Origin: Gemmatimonadaceae bacterium
GTDB taxonomy: Bacteria > Gemmatimonadota > Gemmatimonadetes > Gemmatimonadales > Gemmatimonadaceae
DNA length: 64,000 nucleotides
NCBI GenBank assembly: GCA_045803545.1
Contig: JBJMOW010000005.1
Location: 1,312,001-1,376,000, forward strand
Direction: 5' to 3'
Shown: positions 38,058 to 46,370 of the stretch, piece after piece
Position numbering within the stretch: the first letter of the stretch is position 1
Layout: each line of letters starts with the position of its first letter
Notes under the pieces: generated by a model
Database searches by the model: none
What the model saw: only the letters and a program-made list of their open reading frames with translations
Told to the model about the DNA's origin: nothing
Translations under genes and position numbers: made by a program

Positions 38058-38444
38058 TTACGGATTTCGAATGTAGTAGTAGACGAGCCCGAGAAAGCCA
38101 CCCACGACTAGTCCACCCCCGACGTCACGCGCGATGCCGATGGTCGGCAACGCCATCCACTCTCCGCCGTGCTTGAGACCTTCTGAGATTTCGTACGCAA
38201 ACAACCCTGCCCCGGCCAAACCACCCAGGACTGCTCCAAAAACTACGTATGGGGCTCGACTTGGTCCGTCTACCGCGATCTTCCTTACCGTGTCTCGTCG
38301 AACAGTGTCGATGCCGCCCGTTTTACTGGTTCTTGATTGGATCCCGGTTGGATGCACGAACGCGATCGAAGTCTGCTGGCCTCGAGCGTTGTCGGGTGTT
38401 CCCACTACGCCCACCAGACCAAGGATGAGAAGCAATTTTTTCAC
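38058..38444 (-). CDS. Hypothetical exported protein with glycine-rich hydrophobic C-terminus
   Basis: Signal-like VKKLLLILG; 'GAVLGGLAG' and 'GGGLVVGGFLG'; start uncertain. Confidence 0.5.
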   Translation of the reverse strand: MKKLLLILGLVGVVGTPDNARGQQTSIAFVHPTGIQSRTSKTGGIDTVRRDTVRKIAVDGPSRAPYVVFGAVLGGLAGAGLFAYEISEGLKHGGEWMALPTIGIARDVGGGLVVGGFLGLVYYYIRNP

Positions 38445-38561
38445 GGCCGCACATTGTGCTTGTGCAAACCGCGCGGCCATACGTATGCTGACGTAGACTT
38501 CCACGCCTGGTAGTAGACTCACTCAAGGCCTGTTGAATCCGACGTGATGCTAGCCCGCGGA

Positions 38562-39944
38562 ATGATTAGACGAACTCTTGCGATCGCGCTGATCGCCGCG
38601 GCACCCCTTGGCGCCCAGACCAATTCAGCGCCGGCGAATAAAGGAATGGCGCAGATTGTCGGTGCGGTTCTCGACAGCGTCAATGGCGGACTCCTCTCAG
38701 GCGCCACTGTGATCCTTCAGGGAGCGCAAAGGACCATCGAGACTGACTCCGCCGGCCGTTTCAAGTTCGATAGCGTACCGCCCGGCACCTACCAGCTCGG
38801 CGTTTTTCATCCGGTCCTCGACGCACTCGACATCTCGATCGCCACCAGACCATTTCACGCCGCCGCGGACAGCGCGAACGTGGTGATTCTCTCGGTGCCG
38901 TCGCCAGCGACTATCGTGCACAGTCGTTGCGGAAATCTGGCAAGCCAGGCTGGATCATCGGCGATCCTCGGCCATGTCAGCGATCCCGAAACGCTGCAGC
39001 CAGTCGCCGGGGCGGAAGTCTCGGTCGCCTGGAGCGAAGTCGAGGTTTCCAAGTCGGTTGGCATCCGCAACACCCCGCACTTGTTGAGCGACACCACCGA
39101 CACCAACGGCGCTTACCAACTATGCGGCCTGCCCAGCTCGCTCGAGGCGACTCTCAAGGCGCGGCGCGGGGCCGCGGTCACCGGCGAGATACCGGTCTCA
39201 CTCGGCGGTCGCGCGATCGAAGTTCAGGGACGAAGCCTGTTGTTGTCGAAGGATGATTCGACTACCAGGACTGGAAGTGCGACTGCCTCCGGTGTCGTTA
39301 TCCTCGAGGGAAATCCACCGGAAATGATCAGTCGCGTGGAAGTCGAGGGTACCAACATCGCAGCCGTGACGAATGCAAAGGGAGAATTCACGCTGCGCAA
39401 TCTTCCCGCCGGTACCCGCAACATCATCGCGCGTCACCTTGGATACGCCGTTCAGACAGCGACCGTCGATCTCAATTCGCGTGAACAAGAGCACGTGACC
39501 ATCAAGCTGCCCAGGTATGTCGCAGTGATGGATCCGGTGCTGGTGACCGCGCGTCGCAACGTGGCGCTCGACAAAGTCGGCTTCAACATGCGCAAGAAGT
39601 CAGCGTTCGGATATTTCCTCGATGCAGATCGGATCTCGAAGATGCATCCGTTCTACGTGTCGGATATCCTGCGTCAGGTGCCGGGACTGCGCGTCGGGTA
39701 CGGTCCGCGCGGCGAGCCAGTCGTAACGAGCACACGCGATATACGAGGGTCGTGCGTCGACTACTGGGTGGATGACGTTCCCTTCGTGGAAATCGAGCCG
39801 GGTGAAATCAACAACTTCGTCAATGGCGGCGAGGTAGTGGCCGCCGAGGTTTATCAGAGCGGTACGGCTCCCGCGCAGTACGTCAGAAACGGTGGCAGCT
39901 GCACCACAATAGTCCTTTGGACTCGGTTCCGAATTCGTGGTTAG
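38562..39944 (+). CDS. Carboxypeptidase-regulatory-like repeats plus TonB-receptor plug-like domain, no barrel
   Basis: Three 'G.V....T...G.F/Y....P.G' modules, then 'L..V.VTA', 'DILRQVPG', 'YWVD', 'EVY'. Confidence 0.75.
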   Translation: MIRRTLAIALIAAAPLGAQTNSAPANKGMAQIVGAVLDSVNGGLLSGATVILQGAQRTIETDSAGRFKFDSVPPGTYQLGVFHPVLDALDISIATRPFHAAADSANVVILSVPSPATIVHSRCGNLASQAGSSAILGHVSDPETLQPVAGAEVSVAWSEVEVSKSVGIRNTPHLLSDTTDTNGAYQLCGLPSSLEATLKARRGAAVTGEIPVSLGGRAIEVQGRSLLLSKDDSTTRTGSATASGVVILEGNPPEMISRVEVEGTNIAAVTNAKGEFTLRNLPAGTRNIIARHLGYAVQTATVDLNSREQEHVTIKLPRYVAVMDPVLVTARRNVALDKVGFNMRKKSAFGYFLDADRISKMHPFYVSDILRQVPGLRVGYGPRGEPVVTSTRDIRGSCVDYWVDDVPFVEIEPGEINNFVNGGEVVAAEVYQSGTAPAQYVRNGGSCTTIVLWTRFRIRG

Positions 39945-40011
39945 CGCGTGTCGTCGTTGTTAATGCCGGCGATTTCGAGCGACAGACAGACGACGGCCGG
40001 AGTGAATTTCA

Positions 40012-40545
40012 TCATCGTGTACTGAGTGTGCGTCGCATCACGAGCCGGCGAGTGGCATCGAGCCCGCGAGCGGTTTCAGCTTCGAAAACCCTGCGCACCG
40101 CCCGCGACCACTCTTCGGGCGGAACTTCCTCGAAGCCCAGTCGCATGTAGAAGGGCATGTTCCACGAGACGTCGCGGGAGGTATTCAGCGTGACCGCACC
40201 GTAACCCTGGCGCGCGGCCCACCTGCAGACCGTCATCACCAGGCTGCTCCCCAAACCGTGTCGCATGTGATCGGTGTGCACATCCAGCTCGTCGAGGTGT
40301 GCTGAGCCGGACTCGATCAGATCCACGAGCGCAAAACCCACGGGAACGTCGTCAGCGAGCGCGACCCAGAGCAGGCCGTTGCGCTGGCCGCGACGAAGCG
40401 ATTCCTCGCTCGTCGTTTGAGTAAGCAATGACTCCGATGCGTAGCCCTCGAAGAGTCTGGCAGCGGCGAGCTCGATGCCCGGCAGATATGACATGTCAGA
40501 AGGACGAGCCAGGGCAATCGTATAAGAAAGAGTTTCCGTGGACAT
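40012..40545 (-). CDS. GNAT family N-acetyltransferase
   Basis: 'PVGFA', 'ELDV...MRHGLG', 'N.PFY.RLGF'. Confidence 0.9.
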   Translation of the reverse strand: MSTETLSYTIALARPSDMSYLPGIELAAARLFEGYASESLLTQTTSEESLRRGQRNGLLWVALADDVPVGFALVDLIESGSAHLDELDVHTDHMRHGLGSSLVMTVCRWAARQGYGAVTLNTSRDVSWNMPFYMRLGFEEVPPEEWSRAVRRVFEAETARGLDATRRLVMRRTLSTR

Positions 40546-40579
40546 GCTTTGGAAACTCCACATCCCGCCCTACAGTTCC

Positions 40580-40858
40580 CTACTGATCCGCCTTCGCGCG
40601 CCAACGGCGGAAATGCGCAGTCAACGTGTTGAGATCCTTCTCGGAAATCGATTCTTCAGGCAGACAGCCGAGGGCCGCGATTGTCTGCCGCATCTGTTCG
40701 ACGTACGTGACGCACGGAGGGCAGCCGGTGAGATGGCGATCGAAGCGCGCACGCAGCTCCGATGTGAGCGCATCTTCGAGATAGTCGGTCACCAACTCGA
40801 CCATCTCCTTGCATGTGAGTCCACCGAGGTCGGGCATCGTCGTCGAAATATCGGTCAT
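40580..40858 (-). CDS. Zinc-finger (zf-HC2/ZAS) soluble anti-sigma factor
   Basis: 'C...VELVTDYL', HLTGCPPC (HxxxCxxC); ATGA overlap with the sigma gene. Confidence 0.9.
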   Translation of the reverse strand: MTDISTTMPDLGGLTCKEMVELVTDYLEDALTSELRARFDRHLTGCPPCVTYVEQMRQTIAALGCLPEESISEKDLNTLTAHFRRWRAKADQ

Positions 40859-41559
40859 TTGAAATGCCTCTCCAGCAACGCTCGGACACGGCTGCGCGCG
40901 CGGTGCAGGAGTACTCTTTGATTGGTCTCGCTGATTATTAGAACGTTACAAACATCCTCGGTAGGCCAGCCTTCGACGTCGCGCAGTGTGATCACCTGCT
41001 GCTGCGCCGGCGGCAGGGTCGAGATCGCCTGCTGAATCAGCTCCATTATTTCGCCTCCCAGCAATCTCGCGTCGGATGACTCGCCCCAGGATTGGGGCGG
41101 GACCGCCCAATTATTCGCCCACTGGTCGTCCGCACCGCGGAATCTCTCCGGAGACACCGCCGGCTCGCCCGGCGCTTCAGCCTCTTCGTTGAGTGTAGAG
41201 AAAGAACCGGCACGGCCTTCCTGCGCCGCACGAGTTCGAGCGCGATTGACGAGAATCTGAAACAGCCACGTCTTGAACGTAGCGCGCTCCTCGAATTTCC
41301 CGATCCCGCGAATCACGCCGAGCCACGTGTCCTGCACGATCTCCTCGGCGACAGCGAGGTTGCGACAGTAGACGATAGCAAGCCGCAGTAACGGCGGCTG
41401 GTAACGTTGCAACAGTGCAACGAATGCCCGCTCCTCGCCGCGTTTGAGTCCGGCGACGATATCAGCGTCCTTGTCCACGCGCGATGTCCCCAGCGGCATC
41501 GATAACGAAGCCAATTCCGATTCGGCTGTAACAACTGACGGACTTCGTGGACTAAGCAT
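40855..41559 (-). CDS. ECF sigma factor 1
   Basis: Region 2 'AEEIVQDTW...FKTWLFQI..NR'; region 4 'LRDVEG....VC..L.ISETNQRVLLHRAR'. True start may be ATG 41499. Confidence 0.92.
   Translation of the reverse strand: MLSPRSPSVVTAESELASLSMPLGTSRVDKDADIVAGLKRGEERAFVALLQRYQPPLLRLAIVYCRNLAVAEEIVQDTWLGVIRGIGKFEERATFKTWLFQILVNRARTRAAQEGRAGSFSTLNEEAEAPGEPAVSPERFRGADDQWANNWAVPPQSWGESSDARLLGGEIMELIQQAISTLPPAQQQVITLRDVEGWPTEDVCNVLIISETNQRVLLHRARSRVRALLERHFK
41527..41553 (+). promoter_or_regulatory. Putative ECF promoter TGTAAC-N17-GACT upstream of the DUF417 gene
   Basis: Motif seen directly; a second match with the same spacing lies upstream of the DoxX gene. Confidence 0.45.
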
Positions 41560-41603
41560 CAGGAAATCTCACACACGACAAACAATTGGAACGGAGGAGT
41601 TCC

Positions 41604-42122
41604 ATGCGGCGCTCTGAAGACATCTACTATAGCACAGGAATCGGAATCTCGCGCTACGGCCTGGTTGGCCTGCTATTGCTGTGGGGCAGCTTCAAGTTCT
41701 TCTCCTTCGAGGCGATGGCGATCCAACCCCTTGTTGGGAACAGCCCGTTCTTCAGCTGGATGCTGCCGGTTTTCGGCTTGCGCGGCACCTCGAACATCAT
41801 CGGCATCGTCGAGGCGAGCACGGGACTTCTCATCGCTACGCGTCATTGGCTCCCACGTATCTCGGCGTACGGCTCGCTGTCAGCGAGCGTGATCTTCGCC
41901 ATCACGCTGTCCTTTCTGGTGACGACACCAGGCGCATTTGCCGCCAACAGTCCATGGAGCGGCTTTTTGCTCAAGGACATCCTGTTTCTCGGTGGCGCGC
42001 TGGTCACTGCCGGCGAGGCGATGATAGCTGCGCGCGCTGTTGATCTGGCGCTGACGATGCCGGAGACGACGCATCGAGCGCCGTCGATCCAGGAACTAAA
42101 GAAGCGCGCCGCAGGTTCATAG
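41604..42122 (+). CDS. DUF417/YkgB (RclC-like) membrane protein
   Basis: GGAGG RBS; 'RYGL', 'KF..FEA..I.PLV.NSP', 'TLSFL.TTPG', 'FLLKD'. Confidence 0.85.
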   Translation: MRRSEDIYYSTGIGISRYGLVGLLLLWGSFKFFSFEAMAIQPLVGNSPFFSWMLPVFGLRGTSNIIGIVEASTGLLIATRHWLPRISAYGSLSASVIFAITLSFLVTTPGAFAANSPWSGFLLKDILFLGGALVTAGEAMIAARAVDLALTMPETTHRAPSIQELKKRAAGS

Positions 42123-42132
42123 GTCGCGGCCG

Positions 42133-42774
42133 ATGATAGAGACCACGCATCAACCGCCTGTATTGACGCCGGAGTCCAACCAGAAGCGCGACCGCGAGTT
42201 TGCGGCGGGTGCGCTTCCCTTGATCCCGGACGTCAAGCGGTACGCGCTCTCACTCACGCGCAACGAAGCAGATGCCGACGACATCGTTCAGGAAACCTAT
42301 CTTCGCGCTCATCGCTACTGGTCGACGTTCCAGGGCGGAACGGACTGCCGCAAGTGGCTCCTTACCATCTGCCGTAACGTCTTCACCACGAACATTCGGC
42401 GCGAGGAAAGATCGGTCGCTGTTGAAGACGACGAGCTCGAGTCGCTTGCGGCGGCGCGGACGCATAACGCTGCCCGGGTGGCGGGAGTCGATGATATCTA
42501 CGCCAGGCTCGACGTCGGTCCCGCCATTCGCGCCGCCATCGATCGGCTCGATCCCGTCTTTCGCGAAGTCGTCGTGCTCAGTGATGTCGAAGGTTTCTCG
42601 TATGAGGAAATCGCGGAGACCCTCCGTATTCCGATGGGAACGGTGCGCTCACGCCTCTTCCGCGCGCGTCGCCCCCTCCAGGAAGCGCTGATGGTCTACG
42701 CGCTCGATGCCGGCTACGGACGCGATAAGGTTGCGCGCAAACGCTCGGCCGCAGAGGCGACCGACAATGGATAG
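42133..42774 (+). CDS. ECF sigma factor 2 (SigR/SigH/RpoE-like)
   Basis: 'DADDIVQETYLRA', 'WL..I.RN', 'FSYEEIA..L.IPMGTVRSRL.RAR'. Confidence 0.92.
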   Translation: MIETTHQPPVLTPESNQKRDREFAAGALPLIPDVKRYALSLTRNEADADDIVQETYLRAHRYWSTFQGGTDCRKWLLTICRNVFTTNIRREERSVAVEDDELESLAAARTHNAARVAGVDDIYARLDVGPAIRAAIDRLDPVFREVVVLSDVEGFSYEEIAETLRIPMGTVRSRLFRARRPLQEALMVYALDAGYGRDKVARKRSAAEATDNG

Positions 42775-43018
42775 CCATCGCAGCGAGTGCGAGGCAATCG
42801 TGCGCCGCTTGTGGCCTTATCTCGACGACGTACTCGGCGAGTCTGACAAGGAGCGTGTCACCCGTCATTTGCAGGAGTGTGAAGACTGTCTGTCGCACTT
42901 CGACTACGCCCAGGCCTTTCTCGATGCGGTGCACGCTGCACGTCCAATCGTGGAAGCGGATGACGGACTGCGTGCGCGAGTCCTGGCCGCACTCACCGAC
43001 AACGGCCTCGCGATTTAA
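42767..43018 (+). CDS. Zinc-finger (zf-HC2/RsrA-like) soluble anti-sigma factor
   Basis: 'C......LW.YLD', HLQECEDC; overlaps the sigma stop by 8 bp. Confidence 0.9.
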   Translation: MDSHRSECEAIVRRLWPYLDDVLGESDKERVTRHLQECEDCLSHFDYAQAFLDAVHAARPIVEADDGLRARVLAALTDNGLAI

Positions 43019-43103
43019 CAAGTCGTTCGCACCGGGAACTAAAACAGATCATCGCCGATTCTTCCGTCAATCCGTACGACAAACCTCCTTCCTGGGAATC
43101 CTC

Positions 43104-44288
43104 ATGGCCAACATTAGCACCCGCTTTCAACTGAAAGCATTTACGCGGCTGGCGACGCTCGCTGGCGCCGCACTACTCGCAGCTTGCGCCGATCAATCAA
43201 CGGTTAGCCCCCTTGCACCCGATCAAGCGGTCGCGAATCGCGGCGCTGGCGAGAGTGGCAGCGGCGAAGGCGGCGTGTTCGTAACCACCAACGGCATTAC
43301 CGGAAATGAAGTGAAAGCATTCCGGAGAGCAGCTGACGGATCGCTCACGGCAATTGGCACGTTCGCGACTGGTGGCACTGGCGTAGGCGGAACGGGCGAT
43401 CCTCTCACTTCACAAGGCGCCGCGGCGCTCAGCCCCGATCACAAGTTCTTGTTTGTCGTCAACGCCGGCAGCAATGACGTGTCGGTGTTCCGTATCAGAA
43501 ACGACGACATCAAGCTCGTTGATCGGAAGCCGTCTAACGGTTCCTTTCCCGTCAGCATTGCGACGACTGACGATATCATCTATGTACTGAACGCTCACAG
43601 TGACAATGTGGGAATCTTCAGCTATAACGAGTCGGGTAACCTCAGCGCGCGCGGGACCGCCGCACTCAGCGCAAACGCGGCAACCGGCGGCACTGAGGTA
43701 CGCGTTTCTCCAAACGGCCGCTGGCTCGACGTCACCGAACGCCTGACCAAGAAGATCGACGCTTTCAGGATTGCTGCGGATGGATCTCTAAGTGCGCCGA
43801 TCCAGAGTGCATCGGCGGGCAACACGCCGTTCGGATTCCAGTTCACTCCGCAGGGCGTACTGGTGGCTTCGGAAGCAGGAAGCACATCGGCGTCTTCATA
43901 TAGTCAGTCGAGCACGGGTGCGCTGACTCCGATCAGCGCTGTCGTATCGAACGGCGGACAAGCTGCACCGTGCTGGTTGGTTGTCGATCCGAGCGGTCGT
44001 TACGCGTACACCGCGAATGCCGGCGGCTCGAGTATTTCCGGTTTCGCGATTGGTACCGATGGGAGCCTGACGCTGATCACACCAGGCGGTCGCACTGCCT
44101 ATCTGGGCGCTGGCGCGCAGCCGCTCGACATCGACTTTGGCGGCAACGGTCACTTCCTGTACGTGCTGGAGAATGGAAGAGGAGTTGTCGGTGGGTTCGC
44201 CGTAAACAGCGATGGGACGTTGACGTCGTTGGGCGAGACCGCTGGCCTGTTTGCAGCATCCGGTTTCATGGGACTGGCGGCGTATTGA
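43104..44288 (+). CDS. Lactonase-family 7-bladed beta-propeller lipoprotein
   Basis: Lipobox LAAC; 'VNAGSN.VS.F', 'PCW', 'YT.NAG' blades. Confidence 0.85.
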   Translation: MANISTRFQLKAFTRLATLAGAALLAACADQSTVSPLAPDQAVANRGAGESGSGEGGVFVTTNGITGNEVKAFRRAADGSLTAIGTFATGGTGVGGTGDPLTSQGAAALSPDHKFLFVVNAGSNDVSVFRIRNDDIKLVDRKPSNGSFPVSIATTDDIIYVLNAHSDNVGIFSYNESGNLSARGTAALSANAATGGTEVRVSPNGRWLDVTERLTKKIDAFRIAADGSLSAPIQSASAGNTPFGFQFTPQGVLVASEAGSTSASSYSQSSTGALTPISAVVSNGGQAAPCWLVVDPSGRYAYTANAGGSSISGFAIGTDGSLTLITPGGRTAYLGAGAQPLDIDFGGNGHFLYVLENGRGVVGGFAVNSDGTLTSLGETAGLFAASGFMGLAAY

Positions 44289-44295
44289 GTTTCAA

Positions 44296-44335
44296 TGTGC
44301 TGGCTCCGCTGCATATCTTGCGGCGGGGCCGCACA
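44296..44335 (+). terminator. Hairpin after the lactonase gene (terminator-like, weak U tract)
   Basis: TGTGC-GGCTCCGCTGCA / TGCGGCGGGGCC-GCACA stem with G-U pairs. Confidence 0.45.
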
Positions 44336-44380
44336 GCTTCTGAGGGCCCGGCCACCTATATAGTTGGCCGGGCTTCACAC

Positions 44381-45022
44381 ATGGAATCTTTCGTGAACGA
44401 CGACATCACTGACATCCTCGCCATCTCCGGCAGCCTGCGCGCGCATTCTTCCAACACCGAAGTGCTGCGCGCGTGTGTCCTTGTCGCACCCGGCGACATC
44501 AGCATCAGGATCTACGACGGACTCGGCACACTACCCCATTTCAATCCTGACCTCGACTTCGAAGGAGCAGTGCTGCCGGAGACAGTCGAAAATCTCCGCG
44601 CTGAGATTCGTAGAGCGGATGCGCTGTTGATTTCGTCACCGGAGTACGCGCACGGGGTGCCGGGCTCACTCAAGAACGCGCTCGATTGGCTGGTTAGCGC
44701 GCCTGAGATGGTATTCAAGCCGATCGGTGTACTCAACTCCTCGTCGCGCTCGGTCCATGCCTATGCATCGCTGGTGGAGACGCTGCGCACGATGTCGACT
44801 GAGATTGTTTCCGAGGCGTCGCCTTTATTGTCGCTAACACGATCGATGGCGAGCGCCGAGTCGATCGCGGCAAATCCGGAAATCGCGGATAGACTTCAGA
44901 CCGCCCTCGCCGCTCTGGCATCGGCGGGCATCCGCTATCGCGAGCGCGCCGTCGAGCTGGCTCCGGCGAATCTCAGCCCGAACCCGTCGGGGTCGAGCAC
45001 CGTAAAGTCGCGCAGTCCATAA
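44381..45022 (+). CDS. NADPH-dependent FMN reductase
   Basis: 'ISGSLR..SSN', 'LP.FNPD', 'SPEYAHGVPG.LKNALDW'. Confidence 0.92.
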   Translation: MESFVNDDITDILAISGSLRAHSSNTEVLRACVLVAPGDISIRIYDGLGTLPHFNPDLDFEGAVLPETVENLRAEIRRADALLISSPEYAHGVPGSLKNALDWLVSAPEMVFKPIGVLNSSSRSVHAYASLVETLRTMSTEIVSEASPLLSLTRSMASAESIAANPEIADRLQTALAALASAGIRYRERAVELAPANLSPNPSGSSTVKSRSP

Positions 45023-45315
45023 TACCGATCCGCGATCCGTCGCTCGACGCGCAATCCGAGTTGCTGAACGAGCTCCCACATTGCGTCGACCTCAGGCGTC
45101 AGGATGCGAACGTTGGCGCGCGATGCATCGACGACCGGTAAATCCGGTCGTTGATCGAGAAAGAACTCCATCCCTTTCCATCGCAGCGCGGCGAAATGTC
45201 CATCGCGTCGCTGGAGGGTAAATCCGAGCGCTGTGTACACGGCCAGTGATCGGTCGAGATTACTGACGAAGACTTCGACCACCAACTGGTCACCGAGCTC
45301 GCTGAGCGAATTCAT
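44935..45315 (-). CDS. VOC/glyoxalase family protein
   Basis: 'V.NLDRS...Y..LGF', 'YYGLRDF.V.DPDGF.L.F'; TGATG coupling to the DoxX gene. Confidence 0.85.
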   Translation of the reverse strand: MNSLSELGDQLVVEVFVSNLDRSLAVYTALGFTLQRRDGHFAALRWKGMEFFLDQRPDLPVVDASRANVRILTPEVDAMWELVQQLGLRVERRIADRYYGLRDFTVLDPDGFGLRFAGASSTARSR

Positions 45316-45785
45316 CAGCGTGTGGACCTGCCCCGCGCAAACAACCATCGATCCATCGAAAGCGGACCTGATCCGATCATGGCAACTGTGAGCAGCGCCC
45401 CGACGTACAGGAGATTGATCTCGTAGCCCGGCGGTCCGAACACAGGACCCGCGGCAGTCAATCCTATGGTATGGACCGAGCTGTACCCGTAGTGGATGTG
45501 AATCGTGAACATCGCGACCAACATCGAGATGATCAACGGGATACTGACTATCTCCACGAACAGGCCCGCAACGATCGCAAGGCCGCCAAAGATCTCGACC
45601 AGCATCACCACCCAGGCAGTTGCGCTCGGCGCAGGAGTGCCGATCACCTGAAGGAGCTTCCCAAACTTTTCGGGACCGGCGCTCCATTTCGCGAATCCAT
45701 GGGCAATGAAGCCGTATCCGACAATCAATCGCAGGGGTACTGCCGCCCACCAACGCGGCGATCTCTCATTCCACACATCGAACAT
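45315..45785 (-). CDS. DoxX family membrane protein
   Basis: 'LRL.VG..F..HG..K', 'E..GG', 'GYE', 'G.GP.S.D'. Confidence 0.9.
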   Translation of the reverse strand: MFDVWNERSPRWWAAVPLRLIVGYGFIAHGFAKWSAGPEKFGKLLQVIGTPAPSATAWVVMLVEIFGGLAIVAGLFVEIVSIPLIISMLVAMFTIHIHYGYSSVHTIGLTAAGPVFGPPGYEINLLYVGALLTVAMIGSGPLSMDRWLFARGRSTR

Positions 45786-45806
45786 TTTGACTCCTCAGTT
45801 GCGCTG

Positions 45807-45833
45807 AGGCGGAGCGACACGGTCCGCCTTACT
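45807..45833 (-). promoter_or_regulatory. Putative ECF promoter AGTAAG-N17-GCCT upstream of the DoxX gene
   Basis: Same spacing and partial consensus as 41527-41553. Confidence 0.35.
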
Positions 45834-45884
45834 ACTGAGGATTAACTCAAGACAGCACCTTATAGTTCAGCGCGCGCGCGACCA

Positions 45885-46364
45885 TCACCTGGCCAGCGAG
45901 ACAGGCTCCCATTTGTACGCGGTCAGATACCCCGCCGCGACGCCAATCAGCCCGCCGAGAATTCCGCCAAACGGAATTAAAATGATTCCTCCGTCGCATC
46001 TGTCTCCGCCTTTGCAGCTGATAGCCCCGAGATAGCCGAGTGCAAGGCCTGCGCTGGCGCCGATAGCAAATCCCGTGAGCGCTCGTGATCCGCCGTTCCC
46101 CAGGCGCTTGGACACGTCCAGCCGGGTGAGCTCGGCGCGACTGTAGTCTAGTCGGCCGTAGCACGTCGGGCAGCGTTCGACGATCAGCGAATCCTGTGTA
46201 AAGCGCGAGAGAACGCCCGACCGAAACAAAGAGTCGCCGAAAACCTGAAACCGGATCGAGGCGCCCGGCTCGATACCAATCGGCCGCGCACTCGATTGGG
46301 CTCGCGCCGACAAACCGCAGAGCAAGAATGCCGCCCCCAGACAAAATCGAACTGAAGCTTTCAT
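45885..46364 (-). CDS. Hypothetical exported protein with glycine-zipper-like C-terminus
   Basis: Signal peptide; CPTC; 'GGILGGLIG...KWEPVSL'; resembles 18617-19108. Confidence 0.65.
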   Translation of the reverse strand: MKASVRFCLGAAFLLCGLSARAQSSARPIGIEPGASIRFQVFGDSLFRSGVLSRFTQDSLIVERCPTCYGRLDYSRAELTRLDVSKRLGNGGSRALTGFAIGASAGLALGYLGAISCKGGDRCDGGIILIPFGGILGGLIGVAAGYLTAYKWEPVSLAR

Positions 46365-46370
46365 CGGCCC

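Noticed and set aside
43036..43070. ECF2 promoter GGAACT...CGTCAA upstream of the lactonase
   Set aside because: The 24-nt spacer is too long; the alternative -10 (CGATT) is unsupported by a second example.
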